Sequence record: OR670491
Origin: Escherichia phage vB_EcoM_JNE01
Strand: one strand, 5' to 3'
DNA length: 64,000 nucleotides
The notes beneath the pieces were generated by a model. The model was given only the letters and a program-made list of their open reading frames with translations. It did no database searches and was not told the DNA's origin. This document shows positions 18,377-26,560 of this stretch, in pieces. Positions within the stretch are counted from its first letter, which is position 1. Every line of letters begins with the position of its first letter. A program made the position numbers and the translations under genes.

Positions 18377-18457
18377 CAGTATTCAGTACTACATGATGGT
18401 CTTCATCCTCCTGGGGTAACATAGTGAAGGTTATGATGGCAGTACTGAATACTCCAA
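18377..18457. repeat. 13-bp inverted repeat agtattcagtact / agtactgaatact flanking about 55 bp
   Basis: read directly from sequence. Confidence 0.5.
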
Positions 18458-18479
18458 ACTCAAGATGGATTAAGGGTGT

Positions 18480-18665
18480 AGTACTGACGGATTTTGGGTG
18501 TAGTTACCCTGGATGGATTTTGGACGTAGATATGTCTAGCCCTCCAGAAGTCTGGAAGTAAAGATGGCTATCCATCTAGACGGCTAAACGGCTAGATTTC
18601 TGGATGGCTGGACGTTTGGACGGCTAAACGGCTAAACGGCTAAACGGCTAAACGTCTGGATGTAT
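18480..18665. repeat. iteron-like cluster: TGGATGG / GGACG units, palindrome agatggctatccatct, and ggctaaacg tandem repeat (x4-5)
   Basis: cggctaaacggctaaacggctaaacggctaaacg at about 18620-18655; several tggatgg copies upstream and downstream. Confidence 0.6.
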
Positions 18666-18897
18666 GGATGGCTAAATCAAAATTTTATTTTGTTTTTTCC
18701 AATAGTTCCCCTACCGCGTGGGGATAGTTTCCCCGCAGTATCTGGTGTTAGATTTTTCTGAATCTGGAATCATTATCTTATAAACTGGGGGCAATGTCAA
18801 CGGCCTGGACGGATATTTTTAAAAATTTTTTCAGTACTGAATTTTGGGCGTAACTATGCACCCGGTGGGCTTGAGTCTTTCTCGACTTGATGGAACT

Positions 18898-18925
18898 ATT
18901 ATACAGTACTGAAAAAATAAAGCAA
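18898..18925 (-). promoter_or_regulatory. minus-strand sigma70-type promoter (TTGCTT-N16-TATAAT) reading into a CCCACCGGGTGC box
   Basis: reverse complement reads attgctttattttttcagtactgtataat; box at about 18864-18880 lies about 25 nt downstream on minus strand. Confidence 0.4.
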
Positions 18926-19290
18926 TACCCTGGAAGCAAAAAAGTTTTAATTAATTTGCTTGCTATCCTGGGCCGGACTATGGTACTATATTTCAGTACT
19001 GAGAAAGTGCGTTTACCTGCTAGGGTGCGGGAGTGTATCCTTTTTTTATATCTTGAATTTTGGACGGATCTTCCCACCCCCTGGGGTATCCGCTTTCTCG
19101 CGTCTATGTAGTAATTATACGCTTTTTCAGGATCAAGTCAATACCTAAAAACAAAATAATTGAAAATAATTTAACGCGTTTAAACGGCCCGTAACGCCCT
19201 GGAATGATTAGAATGGTGCAAATGTATAGCTTAGGTGTATTAATGCGTTAGAATGCGTCTGAGGCCGTTTTATGGGGTGTAGTAGTGATT

Positions 19291-19470
19291 TGGTTGATTC
19301 AGTACTGAATAATAGTACTCCTATATAGAAAGATAGTTCCCCTGGATTGATTCAGTACTGAATGATAGTACTGAATAATAGTACTCCTATATAGAAAGAT
19401 AGTTCCCCTGGATTGATTCAGTACTGAATGATAGTACTGAATAATAGTTCCCCTATATAGAAAGAAAACT
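19291..19470. repeat. tandem direct repeat, about 66-bp unit x about 2.5 (gattcagtactgaatgatagtactgaataatagtactcctatatagaaagatagttcccctggatt)
   Basis: near-perfect copies read directly; the minus-strand ORF 19299..19502 with internally repeated peptide is an artefact of this repeat. Confidence 0.7.
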
Positions 19471-19496
19471 ATTTTAAAAGTATTTGTAGAAAGTAC

Positions 19497-19556
19497 TTGC
19501 ACAGTACTGATAAAAGCGTATAATGTTTTACATCGAGAGCGGGAACTCTTCCCGCT
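19497..19556 (+). promoter_or_regulatory. early promoter (TTGCAC-N16-TATAAT) + 5' GC-rich stem-loop (agcggga...tcccgct)
   Basis: first copy of the recurrent promoter/5'-hairpin module. Confidence 0.6.
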
Positions 19557-19579
19557 ACACTTTAAGAGAGATTAATACG

Positions 19580-19942
19580 ATGGCGACTCAAATCACTAAA
19601 ATCATTGCTAACCTGGTTAACTTCCGCGACGATATGAAAGATCTTCCGGCGGCAACGGTTAAAACTCACATTGACGCATACCGCGAACTGATTAAAATGC
19701 TGCCGCTTAAGCGTGAACAATACGCCGCCACCGTGATGCTTGATGCGATGATCCATAAGATGATCGCCAGTGATTTAACGATGGCTTATCAGTATATGGG
19801 TGAATTGTTCGCGGTGTATAGTAAACCAGTACCAGGAATGGAAAGTACAGAAGTATTACACGGTTTAAATTTAAAACAAGATGCATGGGATAATATGCCT
19901 CGTTTCCTGGTATGGGCTGACAGTGGCAAAATTTACGAATAA
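19580..19942 (+). CDS. hypothetical early protein
   Basis: track ORF starts at 19523 inside the promoter; ATG MATQITK preceded by AAGAGAG RBS is at 19580. Confidence 0.55.
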   Translation: MATQITKIIANLVNFRDDMKDLPAATVKTHIDAYRELIKMLPLKREQYAATVMLDAMIHKMIASDLTMAYQYMGELFAVYSKPVPGMESTEVLHGLNLKQDAWDNMPRFLVWADSGKIYE

Positions 19943-19955
19943 GTTAAAAATTAGT

Positions 19956-20014
19956 TTGACAGTACTGAATAAAAGCGTATAATGTTTTACATCAGGTGGG
20001 GAATAGTTCCCCAC
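19956..20014 (+). promoter_or_regulatory. early promoter (TTGACA-N16-TATAAT) + 5' stem-loop (gtgggga...tccccac)
   Basis: read directly; module immediately upstream of gene 20035. Confidence 0.6.
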
Positions 20015-20034
20015 TATATAAGAGGATTAAAAAA

Positions 20035-20274
20035 ATGGCTAAATCAAAAATGTTCTTAGGTCACAAAAATAAAACTCATTGGAATGTAAGCCTTTGGATT
20101 AATAACGATGAGGGATTGTATCGGTTGGCCCAGGACTTTATTAACGATAGCACTAATCGCAATGATGCGGCCCGTCATATGATGTTATTTTTAGAACAGA
20201 CTGGACAAGATAAAACACCGGACGGATTCAAATATAGCACTACTGCGATCCGTGCGGCAATGGTAGGAATGTAA
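20035..20274 (+). CDS. hypothetical early protein (paralogue of 22076..22315)
   Basis: start MAKSKMF after GAGG RBS; shares GHKNKTHWNVSLWINN...TPDGFKYSTTAIRAAMVGM with 22076..22315. Confidence 0.6.
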   Translation: MAKSKMFLGHKNKTHWNVSLWINNDEGLYRLAQDFINDSTNRNDAARHMMLFLEQTGQDKTPDGFKYSTTAIRAAMVGM

Positions 20275-20360
20275 TAGAATATATTTAAAGTACTATCATT
20301 TTTTTGCGATAGTACTTTATAATAGTGTTTTATTCATACACCAACGATAAGGGCAACAGC

Positions 20361-20627
20361 ATGAATATTAAGTATTTTGCGACGCGTGAACAAGCTCGGA
20401 TCGCCGCTCGCCAGGACGGGGCAACGTTTAAAGATATGGGCGTACAATCGGAACGTGGTAAACGTTGGGCCATTGTAAAGCGTAGTACCGCCAGATCATT
20501 ACAGTACTGGTTAGCGGCCTTAAAAAGTCCCGATAGTGTATCGCGTCGAGTGGTAGAAATAAAGCTCGACCGAAAGGGCAACCGCGTGACCGTGTACCGT
20601 ACTAAAAAGATAGCAGTACTTGAATAA
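20361..20627 (+). CDS. hypothetical early protein (paralogue of 32830..33225)
   Basis: shares FATREQAR...TFKDMG...GKRWA...RKGNRVTVY with 32830..33225; internal ATG of track ORF chosen. Confidence 0.5.
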   Translation: MNIKYFATREQARIAARQDGATFKDMGVQSERGKRWAIVKRSTARSLQYWLAALKSPDSVSRRVVEIKLDRKGNRVTVYRTKKIAVLE

Positions 20628-20633
20628 AAAGTA

Positions 20634-20700
20634 CTTGCAAACTATGTTTAATGGCGTATAATGTTTTACATCGAGAGCGGGAACTCTTCCCGCCTATAAC
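20634..20700 (+). promoter_or_regulatory. early promoter + 5' stem-loop (agcgggaactcttcccgc)
   Basis: acttgcaaactatgtttaatggcgtataat then hairpin. Confidence 0.6.
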
Positions 20701-20714
20701 CTGGAGTAATAAAA

Positions 20715-20945
20715 ATGACTAATATGTATATGACTGAAGTTAAAACCGTAAAAGATACTACCACGAATAAAACTACTTACTTACAGCGGATCTGCGGTGT
20801 ATGGCAACGTATCAGCAAATCAAAGTACTTTAAATTAACATCATATGCAAATCGTTCGGATTCATTCAGTACTGAAATAAAAGGTAATAAAGTACACCAA
20901 TACGGCACTTATTATTATTACAGCCTGGACGCGATTGCAGTATAA
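20715..20945 (+). CDS. hypothetical early protein
   Basis: ORF from track with GGAG RBS. Confidence 0.5.
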   Translation: MTNMYMTEVKTVKDTTTNKTTYLQRICGVWQRISKSKYFKLTSYANRSDSFSTEIKGNKVHQYGTYYYYSLDAIAV

Positions 20946-20977
20946 GCAGTTTACAAATCTTTACAATTGCCGGTATT

Positions 20978-21005
20978 GACTTATTTTGTCAGTACTGGCA
21001 TAATG
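20978..21005 (+). promoter_or_regulatory. promoter (TTGACT-N17-CATAAT with upstream TG) reading into the CCCATAGGGTGC box
   Basis: ttgacttattttgtcagtactggcataat; box at about 21031. Confidence 0.5.
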
Positions 21006-21009
21006 TATT

Positions 21010-21165
21010 CATTGGCAGATAAGCCGTAGCCCATAGGGTGCGGGAGTGTATCTATAGAAAAATTAGTTTAGTATAGTTACAATTGTGCACCCGGTGGGTT
21101 AGCTGTTGTCATGGGGTATATTATGCCAGTACTTGATAATTCTGTCAATACTTTTTTTTTACTAT
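21010..21165. ncRNA. candidate convergently transcribed non-coding locus (plus- and minus-strand promoters facing each other across inverted CCCAYMGGGTGC boxes)
   Basis: plus promoter at 20978-21005; minus promoter at 21120-21148; no ORF; boxes at about 21031 and 21090 form an imperfect long inverted repeat; T9 run at about 21155. Confidence 0.3.
21120..21148 (-). promoter_or_regulatory. minus-strand promoter (TTGACA-N17-CATAAT)
   Basis: reverse complement reads ttgacagaattatcaagtactggcataat. Confidence 0.45.
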
Positions 21166-21189
21166 TCAGTACTGAAAACTATTTTTAAA

Positions 21190-21345
21190 AAGTACTTGCA
21201 AACTATGTTTAAAGGCGTATAATGTTTTACATCAGGACGGGGAACGAAATAAGTAACTTCCCGTTAAGTAGCCCAGGAGTAAGGCACACGAAAAACTCCC
21301 CTGATAAAATAGTTTGACAAATGTTTTTAAAAGCGTATAATACTT
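21190..21345 (+). promoter_or_regulatory. tandem early promoters separated by a conserved about 90-nt leader (caggacggggaacgaaataagtaac...aaaaactcccctgataaaatagtttgacaa)
   Basis: two TTGxxx-N16-17-TATAAT promoters; the leader between them recurs at about 31632-31760 and partially at about 23925-24010. Confidence 0.5.
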
Positions 21346-21373
21346 ACATCAACTACTGAATGAGGGTTACAAA

Positions 21374-21985
21374 ATGAAAACTATCACTACTACTACTTTC
21401 GTTATGGATTTTTCTGAATTGAACGCAGAACAACAAACGTCAGCTATCGAACTGGTTCGGGATCGTGAGCGTTCATGTGAGGATAATTTCTTTGCTGAGG
21501 GCGTTATCGAGTACTATAAAGAAACAGTACTACCAGAATACGGCATAGATGAAGCTGAATTGCAATACAGTGGTTTTTGGTCGCAAGGTGACGGTGCATC
21601 AATCAGTACTGACAGCGTGGACGCAGTGAAGTTTTTACGCAAGATTAAAGCGTTAACGAAATATCGTTCTATCCGTCACTTGTTGAATGAAGATGATTTG
21701 GCAATGAGTGTAGAACGTTCACACTCTCGCTACGCACACGAAAACACGGTAAGCGGGTACATTGAATCGGCTTACACTGATTTAACCGCAAAACAAGAAA
21801 CGTTAGTTAATGAGCTTGAGGAACTACTCACTGATACTATTCGTGAATTGTCCCGCAAGTTGTACCGTGATTTAGAGAATGCATATGAGGATCAATTCAC
21901 TACTGAAAACATTACGGCACTGATTGAGGGTAACGAATATCAATTCAATGTTATTGATGGCGTAGTGGAATCAATCGAATATTAA
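21374..21985 (+). CDS. hypothetical acidic protein
   Basis: 203-aa ORF with GAGGG RBS; strongly acidic composition. Confidence 0.55.
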   Translation: MKTITTTTFVMDFSELNAEQQTSAIELVRDRERSCEDNFFAEGVIEYYKETVLPEYGIDEAELQYSGFWSQGDGASISTDSVDAVKFLRKIKALTKYRSIRHLLNEDDLAMSVERSHSRYAHENTVSGYIESAYTDLTAKQETLVNELEELLTDTIRELSRKLYRDLENAYEDQFTTENITALIEGNEYQFNVIDGVVESIEY

Positions 21986-22075
21986 TTTAAAAAGTACTTG
22001 CAAACTAAGTTTAAAAGCGTATAATACTTTATATCGAGGCGGGGAGTGGTTCCCCGCTCAAACGAGGATTTAAAA

Positions 22076-22315
22076 ATGGCTAGTACTAAAACTTACAACG
22101 GACACAAAAACAAAACTCATTGGAATGTAAGCCTTTGGATTAATAACGGTGAGTCATTGTATCGGCTTGCTCAAAGTTGCATCGCACAAAGTAGAACTAA
22201 AGATATTGCTGCGGAATGTATGTACCGCAGATTAAAAGCCAACGGTACTACTACAACGCCGGACGGCTTTAAGTATAGCACTACTGCGATCCGTGCTGCA
22301 ATGGTTGGAATGTAA
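22076..22315 (+). CDS. hypothetical early protein (paralogue of 20035..20274)
   Basis: start MASTKTY after promoter/hairpin module; conserved block shared with 20035..20274. Confidence 0.6.
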   Translation: MASTKTYNGHKNKTHWNVSLWINNGESLYRLAQSCIAQSRTKDIAAECMYRRLKANGTTTTPDGFKYSTTAIRAAMVGM

Positions 22316-22372
22316 TATTCAGTACTGAGATAATGGCGGGTAATAGTTCCCGCCTTTACTGAGGGTTATCTA

Positions 22373-22633
22373 ATGAGTAAAGTAATTAGCTATACAGCAC
22401 TAAGCAAGACATTATCTATTAGCCAGTGCACCGATGGTTATTGGCTATTTGATGAAACGCGTGGCATGAATTTAGCGATGCGTGCAAAAACTGCTGAGGC
22501 GGCGTATATTCAAGCACTGGAATACTACCAGGAACGTTTAAAGGAAGTAGAAGAAGATTATAAAAGCCTCAAAGCGAAAGTAGATCATTTCGTCGGTCAA
22601 TTCAACGAGGAAGACGACGACAAACAATATTGA
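22373..22633 (+). CDS. hypothetical early protein
   Basis: ORF from track; upstream hairpin gcgggtaatagttcccgc. Confidence 0.5.
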   Translation: MSKVISYTALSKTLSISQCTDGYWLFDETRGMNLAMRAKTAEAAYIQALEYYQERLKEVEEDYKSLKAKVDHFVGQFNEEDDDKQY

Positions 22634-22719
22634 AAAAGTACTTGCAATTAGTTTTCAGTACTGTATAATGGTTTACATCAAAGGGAGAAATGGTTCTCCC
22701 TGGTAATGAGGAAAATAAA

Positions 22720-22941
22720 ATGGCTAATATCACTACTCTTTCCCAACTGGAAGCACTGGTGAAATCTATGCGGGAACATGCCGACAAAATCGGCGTACAA
22801 GATCCAGCCGTTTGCTTCTGCGACGAATTGAATGATGATACCCTGGTAATAGCAGAAGTCCAGGACGTTTCTAACTATTCCTCGCGTTACACTGGCGGCG
22901 TAGCAAATAAAGGCGACTTCTGTTTATACCTTACAAAATAA
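22720..22941 (+). CDS. hypothetical early protein
   Basis: start MANITT after promoter + gggagaaatggttctccc hairpin; track ORF starts upstream at 22690. Confidence 0.55.
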   Translation: MANITTLSQLEALVKSMREHADKIGVQDPAVCFCDELNDDTLVIAEVQDVSNYSSRYTGGVANKGDFCLYLTK

Positions 22942-22944
22942 CAA

Positions 22945-23046
22945 CGCGGGGAGATAATAACTCCCCGTTACTTTTTCAGTACTGAATCATTTAATAGACG
23001 GATCTCGGCACCCGGTGGGTTAGTGACTGTTTCGTCTTGATGTAGT
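22945..23046 (-). ncRNA. candidate minus-strand small RNA with CCCACCGGGTGC box, ending at a bidirectional hairpin
   Basis: minus-strand promoter at 23048-23076; no ORF; hairpin ggggag-ataataa-ctcccc at about 22947-22968 also terminates plus-strand gene 22720..22941. Confidence 0.3.
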
Positions 23047-23047
23047 A

Positions 23048-23076
23048 ATTATGCCAGTACTGGATGCACTTGTCAA
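23048..23076 (-). promoter_or_regulatory. minus-strand promoter (TTGACA-N17-CATAAT with upstream TG)
   Basis: reverse complement reads ttgacaagtgcatccagtactggcataat. Confidence 0.5.
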
Positions 23077-23184
23077 CAACTATTTTTCAAATACTTTTTA
23101 TTAAAATACTTGCAATTAGTTTTTAAACGCGTATAATGTTTTGCATAGGGGGAGCGGTTCCCCTGGTAACTAAGGAATAATAAA

Positions 23185-23421
23185 ATGCTTGAACAAATCA
23201 AATCAACGTCTGCGAATGTAACGGGAACGGTATCACACTTTACTAGTGATGAATCGCGTGGTGTTCCTTATTGTGCTGTACATGTAAACACTGATGGCAA
23301 CTACTGGTTTACGGTTTACGGATCATATTCATTTGGACGGCCAGGGCATCAAAAAATTCTGGATAAAGTACAACCAACGGGTAAAAATATCACTGCCGAA
23401 ATGTTTTATAAAAAATCATAA
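23185..23421 (+). CDS. hypothetical early protein
   Basis: ORF from track, preceded by promoter + ggggagcggttcccc hairpin. Confidence 0.55.
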   Translation: MLEQIKSTSANVTGTVSHFTSDESRGVPYCAVHVNTDGNYWFTVYGSYSFGRPGHQKILDKVQPTGKNITAEMFYKKS

Positions 23422-23505
23422 AGTACTTGCAATTAGTTTTTAGTACTGTATAATATTTTACATCGCAAGGGGAAACGGTTTCCCCTGGTAACTAAGGATA
23501 ATCAA

Positions 23506-23805
23506 ATGAAAGTTGCAATCATCGCCCTGGCTTTATCTGTATCGTCTTTCGCTGTTAACGCTTCCGTTGATGTACCGCGTGAAAAATTCATTCAGTGCAC
23601 TGTTGCAATGACTAACGAGGAAACGGCTGAGATTGTTACCAAATCCCTGGAACTGGCCCCTGCAATGTTTGCTAATGGCCCGTACCATGAAGAAGATGAT
23701 CAGGGTAGCACGACCATCTATTACGATGCAAAAAGTAAACGCGGTTCAGTTACTGTAATGGATACTGAGAAAGTTACATTCACGGGAGTAATTAATTGTT
23801 TTTAA
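23506..23805 (+). CDS. secreted or periplasmic hypothetical protein (N-terminal signal peptide)
   Basis: MKVAIIALALSVSSFAVNA-SVD: basic start, hydrophobic core, AxA-type cleavage motif. Confidence 0.6.
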   Translation: MKVAIIALALSVSSFAVNASVDVPREKFIQCTVAMTNEETAEIVTKSLELAPAMFANGPYHEEDDQGSTTIYYDAKSKRGSVTVMDTEKVTFTGVINCF

Positions 23806-23823
23806 TGAAGTACTGAATCATAA

Positions 23824-23850
23824 GCCCACTATAAGAAGTGGGCTTTTTTT
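23824..23850 (+). terminator. rho-independent terminator
   Basis: gcccact-ataagaa-gtgggc followed by T7. Confidence 0.65.
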
Positions 23851-24035
23851 ATTGTAGTACTGAATACTTTAAAAATAGTTTTGAAATAGTAGTTGACATT
23901 ACCAGGGAAAGGCGTAGAATGTATTACATCAGGACGGGGAACACTAAGTAGACCGCCAGTAAGTCGAACGAAAAACTGGACACGACCTGGAAACTTTGAT
24001 AAACTAACTTACACTTTAATTGAGGAATTAAAAAA

Positions 24036-24515
24036 ATGGCAAATGTAAAATCATTCTTTAAAGCACTGGTATCTTCTGACGTATCTATCGCCGCTGAATT
24101 GCTGGCTGACCTGGATAATGATACCATGAAAGCAGTACGCAATAATTTTAATATGGCGTACAGTGCAGCAAAAGAACTGCAAGCCAAAAAGGTAGCAGAA
24201 CTGGAAGCGGCAAAGGCAGAACGTGAAGCAGAACTGCAAGCAACAATCGAAAGCATCCAGGCGGCGGTAAGTGGATTGGATATCGAGATCGTAACCGATA
24301 TGGCACATAAAGCCCTAGCTGCAAAATACGGTGAAGTAAAAGCGGTTAAAGAAAAGAAATGGATTCAGGACCGCGTTAACGTAGTACTTGACAACGGGGA
24401 AGAATATCTTATTCCTGTACGCGGTAACTGCATTGCCGTAGTACTGGACGCGATTAACTCCAGTGGTATGACACGCGAGGAATGGATCGAAGCTCATCGC
24501 AAAGTTGAAGCATAA
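24036..24515 (+). CDS. hypothetical protein with predicted coiled-coil segment
   Basis: 159-aa ORF; alanine/glutamate/lysine-rich heptad-like stretch AKELQAKKVAELEAAKAEREAELQA. Confidence 0.55.
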   Translation: MANVKSFFKALVSSDVSIAAELLADLDNDTMKAVRNNFNMAYSAAKELQAKKVAELEAAKAEREAELQATIESIQAAVSGLDIEIVTDMAHKALAAKYGEVKAVKEKKWIQDRVNVVLDNGEEYLIPVRGNCIAVVLDAINSSGMTREEWIEAHRKVEA

Positions 24516-24536
24516 CAATAAAAGTACTGAATCACT

Positions 24537-24563
24537 AGCCCACCTTAAACGGTGGGCTTTTTT
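24537..24563 (+). terminator. rho-independent terminator
   Basis: agcccacc-ttaaac-ggtgggct followed by T6. Confidence 0.65.
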
Positions 24564-24790
24564 GTGTTTATCGTTTACCAGGCCACCAGCACCGCCTAGA
24601 AACGATTCTAACGCATTAAACTGATTATCTGATGCATTGCCCTAGCTGGTGGCGTTAAGGCTGTAAGAACGCGATTGAGAGCGTTTAAAGTATTTTGCAA
24701 AAAGTAATAAAAAGTACTTGCACGATTAAGAGATTAGCGTATAATTAATTACATCAAGGCAAGACACCTTAACTAACTGAGGATATAAAG

Positions 24791-24943
24791 ATGAATACTT
24801 ATGACCTGGATTGTTTTACTTTACAAGTAATGTCAGTATGCAGTAAGAAAGATTGGTCATCAAAGGAATTTAAAGCAGTTATCGCGTGTGCAAAACACGG
24901 CAAGACTATCAATGAAACGGCATCAATCATTGATAAACTTTAA
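24791..24943 (+). CDS. small hypothetical protein (50 aa, below ORF-track cutoff)
   Basis: hand-translated ORF downstream of promoter aaaagtacttgcac...gcgtataat with GAGGA RBS. Confidence 0.4.
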   Translation: MNTYDLDCFTLQVMSVCSKKDWSSKEFKAVIACAKHGKTINETASIIDKL

Positions 24944-24951
24944 AAAATAGT

Positions 24952-24980
24952 TTGACAATAGTTTTAAGTACTGGCATAAT
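24952..24980 (+). promoter_or_regulatory. early promoter (TTGACA-N17-CATAAT with upstream TG)
   Basis: ttgacaatagttttaagtactggcataat. Confidence 0.6.
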
Positions 24981-25012
24981 ACATACATCAACTACTGAAT
25001 AGGAATTAAAAA

Positions 25013-25240
25013 ATGGCTATTATCATTACTCGCGTATCTGGTACTACTGGCAACGAACAAGTAGTTGCAGTCATTACCAACAAGGAAGGTGCGGAATTGC
25101 AAAATGCAATGAATACCTGGGCCGTTAATGAGTTCGGTCAGTGGGCAAGTGTAGCATACATTGAAACCTATCAAGTGCCGTCGATTAGTTTAACTGATTT
25201 GGGCGTTGAGCGTATCCTTTGCCTGGATGAATTAAATTAA
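25013..25240 (+). CDS. hypothetical early protein
   Basis: ORF from track; AGGAA RBS. Confidence 0.55.
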   Translation: MAIIITRVSGTTGNEQVVAVITNKEGAELQNAMNTWAVNEFGQWASVAYIETYQVPSISLTDLGVERILCLDELN

Positions 25241-25325
25241 AAAAGTACTTGCAAAGTAAATCGAATAAAGTATAATACATTACATCAAGGGGAGAAATGG
25301 TTCTCCCCACTACAAGGAAACTAAA

Positions 25326-25469
25326 ATGAAAACTTGTCAATGTGGTCATAAATCTATTACGGGTTTTAAGCGGGGCGTTGCTCTTTGCCAGTACCATTAT
25401 AATTTACAAGTATGGGGTAAAGAATGGGCCGACCAGGTGGAAGCAGCAAAGAAAGCAAAAAGTAAGTAA
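25326..25469 (+). CDS. small cysteine-containing hypothetical protein (47 aa)
   Basis: hand-translated ORF after promoter + ggggagaaatggttctcccc hairpin; CQCGH...CQYH pattern suggests possible metal binding. Confidence 0.4.
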   Translation: MKTCQCGHKSITGFKRGVALCQYHYNLQVWGKEWADQVEAAKKAKSK

Positions 25470-25557
25470 AATATTATCACAGTACTATTGACATAGTTTG
25501 ATAGTACTGGCATAATAGATTTTATCAAGACAACATATTAATTTAAGGAATACAAAA

Positions 25558-25881
25558 ATGGCTAAAACTATCATTAACACCGTTTCCCTGGCTGCAATCC
25601 GTGCAATCAATGTTGACGGTAAACGTTGGACTGATACATATGGCAATACTTATCATTCTTGTCATGTAAGCGTTGAACTGGATAACGGTTTGAATGATCT
25701 GGCGGTTGAATCATTTACTTATGGCTATGAAGATGCATATCAACAAACGGCGTTAGATCTATTAAAGGAATCAGTAGACGGGCTTAATACTGATGAAACC
25801 TCCCTTACTCGTTTGTGCAATGATCTTAATATCCCGTTGCATTGTACTGTACAGAATGTTAAACGCAAAAAAGATCTTTAA
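25558..25881 (+). CDS. hypothetical early protein (paralogue of 32407..32730)
   Basis: shares RWTD..GNTYHSC.VS...TFTYGY...VKRKKD with 32407..32730. Confidence 0.6.
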   Translation: MAKTIINTVSLAAIRAINVDGKRWTDTYGNTYHSCHVSVELDNGLNDLAVESFTYGYEDAYQQTALDLLKESVDGLNTDETSLTRLCNDLNIPLHCTVQNVKRKKDL

Positions 25882-25961
25882 TTAGCTTTACTTTATGCAG
25901 ATACTTTGATATAGTGTCTGCATAGGGGAAAGAAATTAAATTAACTTAAGAGGATCGTATA

Positions 25962-26231
25962 ATGAAAAATATCAGTACTTTAATCGATACAGGTACTCAT
26001 GTTCGTCGGTCTATGGTTGCAACCAGTACTACAAAACAAGTACCAAGCGGTTATCTTGTATTTGTGCACGATGGTAAACTCCTGGAACGTTCAATCAATT
26101 TTGATGTTAAAAACAATTGCCGTTTTATTATCTTTAAGCGTGAGCAATATAAAATTGATTTACCAGCAAAGCCCATAAGCGGGGCGTACAACGTGCAATC
26201 ATTGTTTGAACGTCAACCATACACCTATTAA
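25962..26231 (+). CDS. hypothetical early protein
   Basis: ORF from track with AAGAGGA RBS. Confidence 0.5.
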   Translation: MKNISTLIDTGTHVRRSMVATSTTKQVPSGYLVFVHDGKLLERSINFDVKNNCRFIIFKREQYKIDLPAKPISGAYNVQSLFERQPYTY

Positions 26232-26282
26232 TCAAAACATCGTTAGCGGTCGATTTAGGCCGCGTATATTGGGGATTATACC

Positions 26283-26555
26283 ATGAACGTTAATCAAGTA
26301 CTGAATGAGATCGAAAGCATCATTAAACCAATGAAACGCATTGATGCTATGTTAACACCGGAAGAATGCCGCCTTTATGAGCGTTACAGCGTCGAACAAG
26401 TCCAGGCAATGGCTATGGCTACCCCAGCCGTTAAACCGCCTGAGAATGCGTTACAGGACGTTACAGGGGATTATATCATCAATCCAGTACTAGGGAAGAT
26501 GGCTGCAATCACCGAAGATCAACAAGATTACTTAAGTCAGTACTTAAAAGGTTAA
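26283..26555 (+). CDS. hypothetical early protein
   Basis: ORF from track. Confidence 0.45.
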   Translation: MNVNQVLNEIESIIKPMKRIDAMLTPEECRLYERYSVEQVQAMAMATPAVKPPENALQDVTGDYIINPVLGKMAAITEDQQDYLSQYLKG

Positions 26556-26560
26556 TTAAT

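Larger units (their letters stand above)
17440..19520. other. about 2 kb structured non-coding region (palindromes, iteron-like repeats, orphan promoters, Chi octamers); candidate replication origin / packaging / regulatory hub
   Basis: no convincing ORF on either strand; dense direct and inverted repeats listed as separate features. Confidence 0.6.

Noticed and set aside
18029-19148. Short ORFs in the non-coding island (18029..18217 minus, 18778..19077 minus, 18887..19111 and 18960..19148 plus)
   Set aside because: No RBS, mutually overlapping, and they run through palindromes, iterons and promoters; more likely chance ORFs in structured non-coding DNA.
13484-19470. Possible CRISPR array, given the regular repeat/variable periodicity in the small-protein array and the repeats at 18.5-19.5 kb
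   Set aside because: Repeat units are imperfect, unequal in length and coincide with conserved protein termini and ORF junctions; there are no short identical direct repeats with similarly sized unique spacers, and no cas-like genes.
19299-19502. Minus-strand ORF with an internally repeated peptide (..TIIQYYHSVLNQSRGTIFLYRS.. twice)
   Set aside because: Artefact of the about 66-bp tandem direct repeat at 19291-19470; no start context; lies in the non-coding island.
25185-25397. Minus-strand ORFs of 60-136 aa overlapping promoters (25185..25397, 26929..27114, 29938..30192, 30442..30852, 35174..35359, 22602..22787), several sharing the peptide GRIISPLxVNYYTVL
   Set aside because: The shared peptide is the reverse translation of the repeated promoter/5'-hairpin module (tataat..tacatc..ggggaga); these ORFs have no RBS, overlap plus-strand genes and exist only because the module is repeated.
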